A stretch of DNA of 64,000 nucleotides, taken from NCBI GenBank assembly GCA_947488155.1, contig CANKYK010000001.1, positions 1,194,439-1,258,438 on the forward strand, read 5' to 3'. Made by a program: the position numbers and the translations under genes. This stretch comes from an uncultured Erythrobacter sp. (GTDB taxonomy: Bacteria; Pseudomonadota; Alphaproteobacteria; Sphingomonadales; Sphingomonadaceae). Shown piece after piece: positions 18,849 to 29,051 of the stretch; positions within the stretch are counted from its first letter, which is position 1; each line of letters opens with the position of its first letter. The notes below the pieces were generated by a model. That model saw only the letters and a program-made list of their open reading frames with translations, had not been told where the DNA came from and did no database searches.

Positions 18849-19874
18849 TTAGGCTGCTTGGGCTCCCGACACACGTCCGGGAAACGATCTGCGTACAGCA
18901 AGCTTCACCGGCAAGACAACGTCGTCGATCTTTGCTTCGGGATTTTCCATCCGTCGATTAAGAAGCCCAAAGGCTTCTCTTCCAAGGTCGCTGAGAGGCT
19001 GCGAGATTGTCGTCAATGGTGGGGATACGATGTCAGCAAACTGAATATCGCCGAAACCGGTTACCGCGATATCGTCGGGCACTTTCAGCCCGAGGGATGC
19101 AAGATAACGGATCGCCTCAATCGCGATCAAATCGTTTGGGCATACCAACACCTCAGCCTCAGATCTTGCCAGCCTGGCTAGAACGTTATCAGCTAGAGGT
19201 GGCGAGAAACTGTTTACCTCCTCCCAAACAACCTCAGCTTGCGGCCCAAGATTCTCTACAAATCCATCTCGCCGAAGGGACGCTGACCTGAAGTTTTCCG
19301 GTCCACGAACGAGCCCGACTTTCGTCCTCTCAGACTGATTGACCAAGCTCGCCAGCATTTTTCCTCCTACCCAGTGGTCGGAGGTAACCATATCGAATCC
19401 GTCGATTTTGGTGTCGACCAACACGGCGGGAACTGTGATGTCGGCAATCTTCTCACAATTTCCTGCGTGCGAGGGCCACCAAATAATTCCGTCGACACCT
19501 TGTTTCCCAAGACGATTGACCCCTTCAAACTCTCGCTGACTATCCCCATCGGAATCGAACAAAAGAACGCTCAGACCTTCGCCGCTCGCCGCCTGCTGGA
19601 CTGCTTTTGCAAATTGCGGAAAGAATGGGTTACTCAGGTCCGGCAAGACCAGTCCGACTGTATCCGTCTTTCCCGTCCGCATAGTTTGGGCGGACTTGCT
19701 TGGGCGGTATTGCAGCTTTTTGGCTACCGCCAGTATTCGCTCTCTAGTGGCTCGTCCGACACCTTCCCGACCGTTCAGAGCATAGGAAGCAGCGGCAATC
19801 GAAACATCAGCCTCACGCGCAACATCCTTGATTGAGGGTGGCTTGGTGCCAGTCTTCACCTTATTTTCCGGCAC
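18849..19874 (-). CDS. LacI-family transcriptional regulator
   Basis: N-terminal HTH (IKDVAREADVSIAAASYALNG...RERILAVAKKLQYRPS) followed by a periplasmic-binding-protein-like sugar-binding fold. Confidence 0.9.
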   Translation of the reverse strand: MPENKVKTGTKPPSIKDVAREADVSIAAASYALNGREGVGRATRERILAVAKKLQYRPSKSAQTMRTGKTDTVGLVLPDLSNPFFPQFAKAVQQAASGEGLSVLLFDSDGDSQREFEGVNRLGKQGVDGIIWWPSHAGNCEKIADITVPAVLVDTKIDGFDMVTSDHWVGGKMLASLVNQSERTKVGLVRGPENFRSASLRRDGFVENLGPQAEVVWEEVNSFSPPLADNVLARLARSEAEVLVCPNDLIAIEAIRYLASLGLKVPDDIAVTGFGDIQFADIVSPPLTTISQPLSDLGREAFGLLNRRMENPEAKIDDVVLPVKLAVRRSFPGRVSGAQAA

Positions 19875-19971
19875 TCTCTACTTCTCCCTACGTCCAATCT
19901 CTTACCGAACCACTCTAGTTGCCGAGTCTAGATTCGGGAACCCCGCTGGACGAAACTCGGTGAGAGAGACG

Positions 19972-21210
19972 CTACACCAAGAACATAAGTCCAGCGAGAG
20001 CGGCGCTCATGAGATTCGCCAGACTTCCCGCTAGCAGTGCACGCAAGCCAAGTGACGCGACGTTGGCTCGCTGACTAGGTGCGAGTCCGCCGAGCACCGC
20101 AAGTTGGATTGCAATGGAGCCAAAGTTTGCAAAACCGCACAGAGCAAACGTTGCGACTATGACTGATCCTGGCGAGAGGGTTTCACGAATTTGGGCCAAA
20201 TCGGCAAATGCAACGAACTCGTTCAATACAACCTTGGTCCCGAAAAGTCCGCCAACCGTCGCTGCCTCGTCCCAAGGCACGTTGAGCAAGTACATAACAG
20301 GAGCGAATAGGGTGCCGATTACCTGCTGAAAGCTGAGATCTGGATAACCAAACCAGCCGCCTATACCTCCCAAAAGCCCATTGGCGAGAGAGACCAAAGC
20401 AACGAATGCCAAGACAAGCGCCCCTACAGCTGCCGCTATCTTGAGACCCGTCTGCGCTCCTTCAGCGGCAGCCATGATGATGTTTGCAGGCTTGTACTCG
20501 TCGTCCACTCCGACGAGGTCGACTTCTGGATCCTTACCAAGTGCATCGAGTTCATCTGGGACAATGATCTTTGCCATCATGATACCACCGGGCGCAGACA
20601 TGAAGCTAGCTGACAGCAGATATGGAAGAATGTCCGTTCCGAGTACAGCGGCATAGGCAGCCAGGATCGTCCCTGCAACGCCTGCCATACCAACGGACAT
20701 CATCACGAAAAGCTGTGACCGGGTCATACTGGAAATATAGGGGCGAACCACGAGCGGAGACTCGCTCTGCCCCACGAAGATATTGGAGGCAGCAGCAAGC
20801 GATTCCACTCGAGAAATACCAGTAATGGCCTGCAGTGCCCCGCCCACCCATTTGACGATAAAGTCCATCACTTTGAGGTAATAGAGGATTGATATCAGAG
20901 TTGAGAAAAAGACAATGGCTGGGAGGGCAGCAATAGCGAAGCTCAGTCCTCCCTGATCTGCACTCGCGAGGTTGCCGAACACGAAATCAACGCCTGCCTG
21001 CGCATGACCAAGAAGAGCAGCAACGGCGTTTGCCATTGCAAGCACCACAGATTTTCCTAGCTCGGTACGCAGCACCAGAAACCCGATCGTCACTTGCAAA
21101 GCAAAAGCTGCGAGAATCACTCGCAATTTGATCGCCTTTCGGTCGACTGACGCCAGAACAGCAATACTAAAGATCACAAGAATGCCGATTAGGCCGATTA
21201 GACTTTCCAA
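19972..21210 (-). CDS. nupC: NupC-family concentrative nucleoside transporter
   Basis: 412-aa polytopic protein with NupC/CNT-like N- and C-terminal regions. Confidence 0.85.
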   Translation of the reverse strand: MESLIGLIGILVIFSIAVLASVDRKAIKLRVILAAFALQVTIGFLVLRTELGKSVVLAMANAVAALLGHAQAGVDFVFGNLASADQGGLSFAIAALPAIVFFSTLISILYYLKVMDFIVKWVGGALQAITGISRVESLAAASNIFVGQSESPLVVRPYISSMTRSQLFVMMSVGMAGVAGTILAAYAAVLGTDILPYLLSASFMSAPGGIMMAKIIVPDELDALGKDPEVDLVGVDDEYKPANIIMAAAEGAQTGLKIAAAVGALVLAFVALVSLANGLLGGIGGWFGYPDLSFQQVIGTLFAPVMYLLNVPWDEAATVGGLFGTKVVLNEFVAFADLAQIRETLSPGSVIVATFALCGFANFGSIAIQLAVLGGLAPSQRANVASLGLRALLAGSLANLMSAALAGLMFLV

Positions 21211-21322
21211 AATTTCTTATCCAAATCTTTGCTTGAGTTCGTCGACCACCTGTCAACCGATCGACGTCGCGTGCACACTATCAATGTGCTGACTAAGCCT
21301 ATCGCGGGGCCTTCCGACTGCG

Positions 21323-22867
21323 TTAACCCTGCTCGATGCCGTAGCTGCCATAGGGAATGTTGATGTCGCGCAAGGCGCTGATCGCTGCGTCAGGGACAAG
21401 AACGCTATCCACTTTTCGCGCTTGGGCGGAAAAACTGTTTCGTGTCACGTCGCATAGAAGATAGCCGTTCGCCCGGTTCTCAAAATAGAACGGTTGACCA
21501 AGACCATTGTAGAAACTGGTTTCGCTCTTGTAGCGCCCATCACCCCCACCACCGGACGAAATGGCTGCGCATACGACTTCACTAGCCAATGGAATTCCTT
21601 GCCCCTCACCCCGGACTTCACTGGCGAAGAAAGCATGGATGTCCCCACCGAGAAAGACCGTGTGACTATCAGGTCGGGATGCCACCAAATCGCACAGGCG
21701 ACTTCTAGCCTGCGGATAGGCGCCCCAGCGATCCGAGTGATAACTCGCGACGCCTTCGTGTTGTTCATAGTAGGTGTTGAGCTGAGTCGTTTGGGCTATC
21801 AGGTTCCACCTTGCACCTGCAATACCAAACCCTCTTTCTAACCAGCGCTCTTGCTGCGCTCCAAGAAGGGTTCTTGCCGGGTCATCTGAAGGGCAGCTAA
21901 CCCAAGTCGGAAACTGACCATCAGGCTCCGGGCAGGGGTGCGGGCTGCGAAATTGACGCGTGTCAAGCTGGTCCAGTTGCACCAGATCGCCGAAAACGGA
22001 GCGTTGGTATAACGCCATAGGCGAACGATTGAAGATTGCCCGCTTTCGGAGCGGCATATGTTCGTAGAATGCCTGATAGGCAGCGCGGCGTTTCTGCTCG
22101 ATCTGCTCGGCTGAAAATCCAGCAAGCGGCTGGCCTGGCTTGTAGTCGTCCCAGACCTCATGATCGTCCCAAATGACAAGCCAAGGCGCAGCGGCATGCG
22201 CCCTTTGCAAGCTCGGATCGAGTTTTGCAGCGACGTGCAGAGCTCGGTAATCATCTAGAGTATGTGGGGCAGAGACCGGGACCCTGCGTGTCGGCGAGGC
22301 CCAAGGCTCCTCATAAATGTAGTCCCCTACATGAAGAACAAAGTCGGGCTGTTGCGCTGCCACATCAGCATAAGCACCAAAGTAGCCGTCTCCGTAGCTT
22401 TGACACGAACAAAGCGCAAAGCGAAGCTTATCAAGTCGAGAGCCAAAAGGAGGAGCTGTTTTGGCGGCGCCGACCGGACTTTGCGCGTCTCGAACCAGGA
22501 AACGATAGTAGTATTGAGTTCTCGGACGAAGCCCACTGACCTCGACATGCACAGAGTTTGCTAGGGGCCTTGCCGCATATTGCGTTCCCTTTGCGACGAT
22601 CGTGCGAAAGGATACATCAGTCGCGACCTCCCACGACACCCGCACCGACTTGCCCTCAACTGCGTGCACGGTGCCAGCCGGAAAAATGCGTGTCCAGATG
22701 ACGAACCCATCCGGCAGAGGGTCTCCAGACGCCACCCCAAGCAAAAAAGGGTAATCGGCGTCAAAAAAAGAGCCCAATTCCCGAGCATGGGCTTGTGAAA
22801 TCGATGAGGGAGCACAGGCAATAGCTGCCAAGGCCCCCGTCAAGGCTGTCCTTCTATCAGTTTGCAT
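21323..22867 (-). CDS. PhoD-family phosphoesterase (alkaline phosphatase D-like), Tat-exported
   Basis: The start is trimmed to ATG at 22867 (MQTDRRTALTGALAAIA, a Tat-like signal). Metallophosphatase motifs are HVGDYIYE and WDDHEVWDD. Confidence 0.85.
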   Translation of the reverse strand: MQTDRRTALTGALAAIACAPSSISQAHARELGSFFDADYPFLLGVASGDPLPDGFVIWTRIFPAGTVHAVEGKSVRVSWEVATDVSFRTIVAKGTQYAARPLANSVHVEVSGLRPRTQYYYRFLVRDAQSPVGAAKTAPPFGSRLDKLRFALCSCQSYGDGYFGAYADVAAQQPDFVLHVGDYIYEEPWASPTRRVPVSAPHTLDDYRALHVAAKLDPSLQRAHAAAPWLVIWDDHEVWDDYKPGQPLAGFSAEQIEQKRRAAYQAFYEHMPLRKRAIFNRSPMALYQRSVFGDLVQLDQLDTRQFRSPHPCPEPDGQFPTWVSCPSDDPARTLLGAQQERWLERGFGIAGARWNLIAQTTQLNTYYEQHEGVASYHSDRWGAYPQARSRLCDLVASRPDSHTVFLGGDIHAFFASEVRGEGQGIPLASEVVCAAISSGGGGDGRYKSETSFYNGLGQPFYFENRANGYLLCDVTRNSFSAQARKVDSVLVPDAAISALRDINIPYGSYGIEQG

Positions 22868-22938
22868 AGCGCATTCCCCGCCCGGTTGTGGTTCTCGAAC
22901 TGATTGCCCGAGAACCACGGGAGAGCAAGCCAACTTGA

Positions 22939-25224
22939 TCAGAACTTGAATTCGGCTTCGACGCCCCAAATCCGGGGATCGTTGACGAAACCTGTAAGGT
23001 TGTTGAAATCGATCCCACCAATCAGATTTTCTTCATTGGTCAAGTTCCGCACAAAAGCAGCGATTTCAAAGCCATTGTCAAAATCGATGTATCCAGCGCG
23101 AAGGCCGACCTCGAAGTTGCCATTCACTTGGAATTCTTCCGATTCATAAAGGAAGAAGTTGGTGCGGCCGAGACGACTATAATCACCGAAGAGATATATC
23201 TCGCCGCCGCCAACCGGGATTGCATAGCGGCCCGTTGCCGTCAGAATTGTGCGAGGAGCCTGCGGAAACGGATTGCCGTCAATTGATGCACGCGTTGTCG
23301 TACCGACGGTCACTAGTGGATCGGTAACTGTGCAGCCCCCGCCGCAGAACGCAACGAGAAGATCATCGTCCTGAATTTCGGTATCGTTGAAACTATAGCC
23401 GAGAGACAGGTCGAGGTTGTCGACGGGGCTGAAATCGATGTCGAGTTCGAAACCCTGACCAACGCCCTTGTCCGCATTGATCAATTGGTTGAAATTCCCA
23501 AGGCCGCCGATCGCTGTAAATTGTTGGTCATCAACCTCATAGTAGAAACCAGCCAAATTGATTCTCAGTGCATTGTCGAGCAGCGAAGCCTTGACACCGG
23601 CGTCGAAAGAAATGACGTCTTCGCTATTTGCGACAGTCACGTTGTTGCTAAACACCAGACGCCCCTGGATCGACGGGCCGCGGAAGCCCGTCGCAACGCG
23701 TGAGAACAGAGTAACGCCTTCACTGATCTCATAGTTTAAAGCCAGATCCCAATTGATTGAGTCGTCTTGCGTTCTGGTTTCAGCGTTGATTGGGCCAAGG
23801 AACCCCAAGGGGCGTGTACCACGAAATACTTTTCGTTCGTCCGAATAACGAACACCGCCAGTCACAGTCAGAGCATCGGTAAGATCATAGCTTAGCTGAC
23901 CAAAAAAGGCGTACGCCTCGCTTTGCTGCGTCGTAATAGCAAGGATCGTTGGGTTCGGGTCTCCAGTACCGTTGAACGAGGCGCTATCGGCTGTGAACTC
24001 GTCCCAGAAGTAAAACGCACCGATTTGCCAGTTAAAGCGATCATTGCCGCTGTTAGAGACGCGAAACTCCTGAGTGAATTGCTCAACATCCGTGTCCAAG
24101 CTGCCAGTTTCGGAACGGAAGGGAATGAAACCCGGAAAAGAGGTCGCCCCCGTTCCGACACCGCCATCGATATCACCGACGCCGTCACTGTCTCCGACAT
24201 AATAGCCCGTCACAGAAGTCAACGTAACACTACCTGTATCGAGCTCATTACGCCAAGTTGCACCAAAGATTTCGGTATTGGATTCGTTGTTCCGACCACC
24301 GTCGAAGGCGACCTCAAAACGATCGAAGTTGTCGTTCAACTCGTTCGATCCCGGCGACAAAATATTCGCACGGAAAAGCGTCGTGGTGCCCCTGAGCCGC
24401 TGATATTGGAAAGTTAGGAGTGAAGAAAAGTCGAGAGCAGTGTCTGGCTCGAACAGCAAATGCGAACGCAATGCGACAGACGAGAACCCGCCCAGATCCG
24501 GTTCGCCATCATTGTTGCCAGCGAAGTCGGCACCAGGATTGACGTTCTCCACAAAGTCTGAGCGGCGAGTGTACTCACCGGCGACGCGAGCCGACAGGCT
24601 ATCGCTTAATGGTCCGCTAAGCGCCGCATTGAGCTTGACAGAATCGAAACGGCCATAGGAACCCGAGACATACCCCTCAAAAGACTGCGTGGGCTTCGCA
24701 GTATCGAACTTCACAATACCGGCTGGGGTATTCCGACCAAACAGCGTTCCCTGCGGTCCACGCAAAATCTCCGTTTGCGCAATATCGAATATGGGGAAAC
24801 CTTTCAGCAAGACGTTTTCGAGAACCACCTCGTCAGAAATAATCGAGACAGGCTGAGATGCAGATAGATCAAAGTCGACGTTGCCCAAGCCACGAACGTA
24901 GAACCTTGGTGCCGTGCGACCACTCGAACCCTCGACATACAGGCTAGGTACGCGTGCCGAGAGGCCGCGAATATCCGCGCCTGCATCAAGTATGGAAGAC
25001 AGCTTTTCTTCTGAAACCGTCGCAACGGAAATCGGAACGTCGAGAATATTCTGCGCACGCTTTTGGGCCGTCACAATGATAACCCCGGAATCTTCTGGAT
25101 CACCTTGTTCAGCCTCCACACTTGACTCGGCGTTCTGGGCCGATGCTGGATTAACCAGTCCAGCCGCCATCATCAACGCAGCAGCGCAAGATGAATATTT
25201 CAACAAAGCAGTTTTACGAGACAT
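22939..25224 (-). CDS. TonB-dependent outer-membrane receptor
   Basis: Signal peptide, plug region (VIIVTAQKRAQNILDVPISV), a long beta-barrel and a terminal aromatic residue (...AEFKF). The start is trimmed to ATG at 25224, which has GGGAGG 6 nt upstream. Confidence 0.9.
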   Translation of the reverse strand: MSRKTALLKYSSCAAALMMAAGLVNPASAQNAESSVEAEQGDPEDSGVIIVTAQKRAQNILDVPISVATVSEEKLSSILDAGADIRGLSARVPSLYVEGSSGRTAPRFYVRGLGNVDFDLSASQPVSIISDEVVLENVLLKGFPIFDIAQTEILRGPQGTLFGRNTPAGIVKFDTAKPTQSFEGYVSGSYGRFDSVKLNAALSGPLSDSLSARVAGEYTRRSDFVENVNPGADFAGNNDGEPDLGGFSSVALRSHLLFEPDTALDFSSLLTFQYQRLRGTTTLFRANILSPGSNELNDNFDRFEVAFDGGRNNESNTEIFGATWRNELDTGSVTLTSVTGYYVGDSDGVGDIDGGVGTGATSFPGFIPFRSETGSLDTDVEQFTQEFRVSNSGNDRFNWQIGAFYFWDEFTADSASFNGTGDPNPTILAITTQQSEAYAFFGQLSYDLTDALTVTGGVRYSDERKVFRGTRPLGFLGPINAETRTQDDSINWDLALNYEISEGVTLFSRVATGFRGPSIQGRLVFSNNVTVANSEDVISFDAGVKASLLDNALRINLAGFYYEVDDQQFTAIGGLGNFNQLINADKGVGQGFELDIDFSPVDNLDLSLGYSFNDTEIQDDDLLVAFCGGGCTVTDPLVTVGTTTRASIDGNPFPQAPRTILTATGRYAIPVGGGEIYLFGDYSRLGRTNFFLYESEEFQVNGNFEVGLRAGYIDFDNGFEIAAFVRNLTNEENLIGGIDFNNLTGFVNDPRIWGVEAEFKF

Positions 25225-25264
25225 TTCATTCCTCCCTAAGCTTTCCATACAATCAAACTTTTAG

Positions 25265-25276
25265 TTAAACGTTTAA
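25265..25276. promoter_or_regulatory. Candidate LacI-family operator TTAAACGTTTAA
   Basis: Perfect palindrome 41 nt upstream of the TonB-dependent receptor start. Confidence 0.6.
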
Positions 25277-25333
25277 GGCCATCCTGCCAAGTCCGCAACC
25301 GGTTTTCCCCCATTGCCATTATTTCTGATGTGC

Positions 25334-26344
25334 CTAAGCCACACGAATGTCGGAGCCTCCGTGCGCAGTAATCCTCTTTAGGTCCGTTTCAGGGCGAGGC
25401 CCAAAATGGCTTATCGCCTCAGAGGCACAGAGCGTTCCGATACGCAAACACTCTCGAGTTGTTGCACCTCTCAAGAACCCGGACAAGAAACCTGCAGCAA
25501 ACAGATCTCCCGCTCCTGTTGTGTCGACAACGGTAATGTCCTTGTCGGCAGGAACTTTTTCGACCTCACCTTGGCGCAGACAAGTCGCTCCGCTCTCCCC
25601 ATCTGTGCCCACGAGCACTGGGACTAGCCGCGCCAACTTCCGCAACGCCTCTTCAAATGTACCCGTCTGTGCCATGGAAATCGCTTCGAGCCGATTGGCG
25701 AAGATGATCGATATTTTCCCCGCTTGGAAAAGCGCTTCGAATTCATCACGATGTCGCTCAACCACAAACGCATCCGATAGCGTCAACGCGACTTGGCAAT
25801 CGTGCGCTAGTGCGAATTCTAAAGCAGCATTCATTGCCGGCCGCGCTTCATCCGAATCCCACAGATAGCCCTCAAGCAGGAGAATGCGCGACGCTTTGAT
25901 TGCGTCTTCATTGATGGCTTCTGTCGGTAGGGTTTGAGATGCGCCGAGAAACGTATTCATCGTCCGCTGACCATCGGGCGTCACCAAAATCAAAGAATGC
26001 GCCGTCGGCTTCCCATCAGTTGCTGGCTCCACTGTGTATTTTACGCCAGATGCGCGAATGTCATGCGAAAACACGCGTCCCAGTTGATCGTTAGCCACCT
26101 GACCTACGAATGAGCATGAGTGACCAAGATGGGCAAGACCAGCGATCGTGTTCGCGACTGAGCCCCCACTAAGCTCTCTGGCAGGCGCCATTCTGCCATA
26201 GAGTTCCTCGGCTCTCGATGCGTCGATCAATTGCATAGATCCTTTGGCGAGACCCTCTGCCTGCAAGAATTCATCCGTCGATTGGGCGATGACATCGACT
26301 ATCGCATTCCCAATGCCGATCACGTCAAGTTGCTTCTCAATCAT
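25334..26344 (-). CDS. PfkB-family kinase, adenosine-kinase-like
   Basis: 336-aa ORF. The N-terminus DVIGIGNAIVDV and the DTTGAGDLFAAGFL anion-hole motif are present, and the overall layout resembles alphaproteobacterial adenosine kinases. Confidence 0.75.
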   Translation of the reverse strand: MIEKQLDVIGIGNAIVDVIAQSTDEFLQAEGLAKGSMQLIDASRAEELYGRMAPARELSGGSVANTIAGLAHLGHSCSFVGQVANDQLGRVFSHDIRASGVKYTVEPATDGKPTAHSLILVTPDGQRTMNTFLGASQTLPTEAINEDAIKASRILLLEGYLWDSDEARPAMNAALEFALAHDCQVALTLSDAFVVERHRDEFEALFQAGKISIIFANRLEAISMAQTGTFEEALRKLARLVPVLVGTDGESGATCLRQGEVEKVPADKDITVVDTTGAGDLFAAGFLSGFLRGATTRECLRIGTLCASEAISHFGPRPETDLKRITAHGGSDIRVA

Positions 26345-26380
26345 TTACCATCCCTTCGATGACCGCTGCGCGAAAGCGCA

Positions 26381-27886
26381 TCAACGGAATGGTGGCTCTT
26401 CAAAGCTACGAAGTTTCCGGGAGTGCATTTGATCTCCCTGCCCTCGGAGCACTTCCATCGTCTCGATGCCGATCAGCATGTGCTCGGAGATCGCACGCTC
26501 ATAGAACCGGTTTGCTGCTCCGGGCAGCTTGATTTCCCCATGGAGGGGCTTGTCGGAAACGCAGAGCAATGTTCCGTAGGGAACTCGAAAACGGTATCCG
26601 TTTGCAGCTAGCGTTGCGCTTTCCATATCGATTGCGATCGCACGAGACTGGTTGAAGCGGAGAGCCTCGCTGTGAAATCTTAGCTCCCAATTACGATCAT
26701 CGTTCGTAACCACCGTACCCGTGCGCAAGCGGATCTTAAGATCAGCACCTGCATCACCGGTCACTCGCTTGGCTGCCTCAAACAGAGCTTGCTGAACCTC
26801 TGCAATCGGGGGCACTGGGACTTCGGGCGGTAAGTCCTCATCCAAGACACCGTCGAGCCTTAGATAGGCGTGAGCCAGTACGTAATCGCCAAGCCGCTGT
26901 GAATGACGAAGGCCGCCGCAGTGCCCAATCATGATCCAGCAATGCGGCCTCAGAACTGCGAGGTGATCCGTAATCGTCTTGGAGTTGGAAGGGCCGACAC
27001 CGATGTTAATGAGCGTAATACCCTGCCCGTTTTTTCCGGTCAGGTGGTAAGCTGGCATCTGGAACTTGCCGAGTTCGGAATCCAGAATCTTTTCTCTGGC
27101 ATTGGCAGTACCTTTGCCGACGCGAACACCGCCTGGAGCGACCAACTCTTCGTAGAAGTCGTCATTCTCGATCCGGTCGATCGCAAGATCGACGAACTTT
27201 TCCATGTAACGGTGGTAATTGGTAAAGAGGATGAAGCTCTGAAAATCGCTCGCCTTCGTACCCGTGTAGTGTTGCAAGCGATGAAGAGAATAGTCCGTTC
27301 TGAGGGCAGAGAACAGGTTTAGAGGTTGAGTGTCCTCAAGATCATCGCCGAGTCTGTCCAGCGTGAACTCCGAAGGCTTGTCAGCCTCGCCATTGGCGAT
27401 CTTATCATCGATCATTGCCAAGTTAGGGACAGGAAAGAACCGGGCCAATTCCGAAGGAGGCACCAGATCGGCGTCGACCCCCTTTGCGCCATCGAGAACG
27501 TAAGGGTAGGGAATTTCGGAGTCAGAAAGCGAGACGGCGAGCTCGCAATCATAGGTGTTCGTCAAAATTTCGAGTTGCGAAACTAGGTAATCACGAAACA
27601 GTTCTGGTTGAGCGATGTCGGTCTGATACACTCCAGGGCCGTTGAAGTTACCAAAGGCACGCGAGAAAGCAGGTGTCGCACCATCTGGCTGGTAGGTCAC
27701 CGTCAGTAAGGGATAGCTAAAGCGCCCAGACTTTCGTTCGTCGACATTTGGCGCCTCGCCAGATTCGACGAAAGTATCAAATGCGGCGCGGAGAGCGGTT
27801 TTGCTCTCGGCATAAAGCGCCTCGAGTTTGTCGGCAGCCTCCTCAGGTGTCGCACATTTGATGAGTGTACCGCGATCAATTGTCAT
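26381..27886 (-). CDS. amn: AMP nucleosidase
   Basis: The N-terminal regulatory domain plus nucleoside-phosphorylase-like catalytic domain (LFTNYHRYMEKF..., INIGVGPSN, MIGHCGGL) resembles Amn. The start is trimmed to ATG at 27886, which has a GGAGGA Shine-Dalgarno sequence. Confidence 0.85.
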   Translation of the reverse strand: MTIDRGTLIKCATPEEAADKLEALYAESKTALRAAFDTFVESGEAPNVDERKSGRFSYPLLTVTYQPDGATPAFSRAFGNFNGPGVYQTDIAQPELFRDYLVSQLEILTNTYDCELAVSLSDSEIPYPYVLDGAKGVDADLVPPSELARFFPVPNLAMIDDKIANGEADKPSEFTLDRLGDDLEDTQPLNLFSALRTDYSLHRLQHYTGTKASDFQSFILFTNYHRYMEKFVDLAIDRIENDDFYEELVAPGGVRVGKGTANAREKILDSELGKFQMPAYHLTGKNGQGITLINIGVGPSNSKTITDHLAVLRPHCWIMIGHCGGLRHSQRLGDYVLAHAYLRLDGVLDEDLPPEVPVPPIAEVQQALFEAAKRVTGDAGADLKIRLRTGTVVTNDDRNWELRFHSEALRFNQSRAIAIDMESATLAANGYRFRVPYGTLLCVSDKPLHGEIKLPGAANRFYERAISEHMLIGIETMEVLRGQGDQMHSRKLRSFEEPPFR

Positions 27887-28003
27887 TATTGTTCGTCCTC
27901 CATTTTTTGCCGCGGACGGCCGCGTTTTTTCATTTGGTTGCAAAATATCGCCCGAACCCGTTGGTCGGGCCGGCGCGATAAGTTGACATCCACTCTAATT
28001 TAC

Positions 28004-28015
28004 TTAATCGTTTCA
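28004..28015. promoter_or_regulatory. Degenerate operator-like site TTAATCGTTTCA (10 of 12 matches to TTAAACGTTTAA)
   Basis: In the divergent region between amn and the HAD-phosphatase gene, 49 nt upstream of the latter. Confidence 0.4.
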
Positions 28016-28063
28016 GTTAGTCGTCCGGAATGGACTTGTCAACGCCCCGCAAGTGGAGATGAA

Positions 28064-28993
28064 ATGAGGAACCTTAGATTTCGAAACTGGCTGAAATTGG
28101 CCGTTTGCTTGCCAAGTTTCGTCGGGCTATCATTAATTGCGTCGGCCACAGCAACTGCACAAAGTCAGCCATCCAATCAGGTTATGCAAACTGACGATCT
28201 GGCAGAGCCAGTTGAAAAAGCCCATGAGCTTCGGGCAGAGTCTGACACTCGCAATATCCTTTTGGTGTTCGACATCGACAACACCCTTCTAACAATGCCG
28301 ACCCGGCTCGGCAGCGATGCTTGGTTCAACCATAACGCAACTGAGATTGAACAGGGCAACTCATCCGATTTCCGCTCGTTCGAGGCGCTCGTAGAAGCTC
28401 AGAACTTGCTTTTCGCCGCATCTAGAATGAGGCCAACCCAAAACAACACGGCGGCGCTGCTACAATCGGTCAGGGACGCAGAAATGGATGTTTACCTGAT
28501 GAGTGCGCGGGGACCGGAACTGTTCAACGCTACAGTTCGGGAAACCGAAAGGCATGGTATCGATCCTTCCCCTATTCGCGCCTGCGCGCTCTTCATTTGC
28601 AATCAAGGTGTGCAGTACGATGGTTCCGATGTGTCGCGGGCGCTTTTGGCTATTGGATACACCCCGAGACACGCTCCCTATCGCCCAATATCAATACGCG
28701 ACGGCGTCATGCTTCTTGCAGGACAGCACAAGGGGGAGATGCTGGCGTTGCTGTTAGCTGGCGTCGATATGGACGATTATGCCGCTGTGATTTTCGTAGA
28801 TGACAATGCAGAGAACGTCCGGAAAGTTGCGGAGACCATGTACCCGCTACCGGTTTTCGTCTATCATTATACACGCTGGAACGGCCCACTTACGACCGCC
28901 GAAATAGCCCAAACTGGCCAGGAATATCGCACGTTGCAAAATGTTATCTGCTCTGCCTTGGTAGCGACGATTTGCTCGACCGATCCTCAATGA
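28064..28993 (+). CDS. Secreted HAD-superfamily phosphatase-like protein (DUF2608-like)
   Basis: The start is trimmed to ATG at 28064, which has a GGAG Shine-Dalgarno sequence. It has a signal peptide (LAVCLPSFVGLSLIASATATAQ), the DxDxT motif in LLVFDIDNTLL, and a late FVDDN acid motif. Confidence 0.55.
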   Translation: MRNLRFRNWLKLAVCLPSFVGLSLIASATATAQSQPSNQVMQTDDLAEPVEKAHELRAESDTRNILLVFDIDNTLLTMPTRLGSDAWFNHNATEIEQGNSSDFRSFEALVEAQNLLFAASRMRPTQNNTAALLQSVRDAEMDVYLMSARGPELFNATVRETERHGIDPSPIRACALFICNQGVQYDGSDVSRALLAIGYTPRHAPYRPISIRDGVMLLAGQHKGEMLALLLAGVDMDDYAAVIFVDDNAENVRKVAETMYPLPVFVYHYTRWNGPLTTAEIAQTGQEYRTLQNVICSALVATICSTDPQ

Positions 28994-29051
28994 CGAACAA
29001 ACTGTTTCTTGATGCTCAGCGTCTTCTGGAGATGTCATTTTTCTAGGTGAC

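Noticed and set aside
21255-21275. The partially palindromic GTCAACCGATCGAC and a TTGACA hexamer (reverse strand) upstream of nupC, considered as an extra operator or promoter.
   Set aside because: It has only about 10 of 14 self-complementarity, differs from the recurring 12-mer, and has no convincing -10 element at the right spacing.
28997-29009. ACAAACTGTTTCT, which resembles an operator half-palindrome.
   Set aside because: The centre is TG rather than CG and it matches TTAAACGTTTAA poorly. It also lies inside the probable N-terminal coding region of the PRTase gene.
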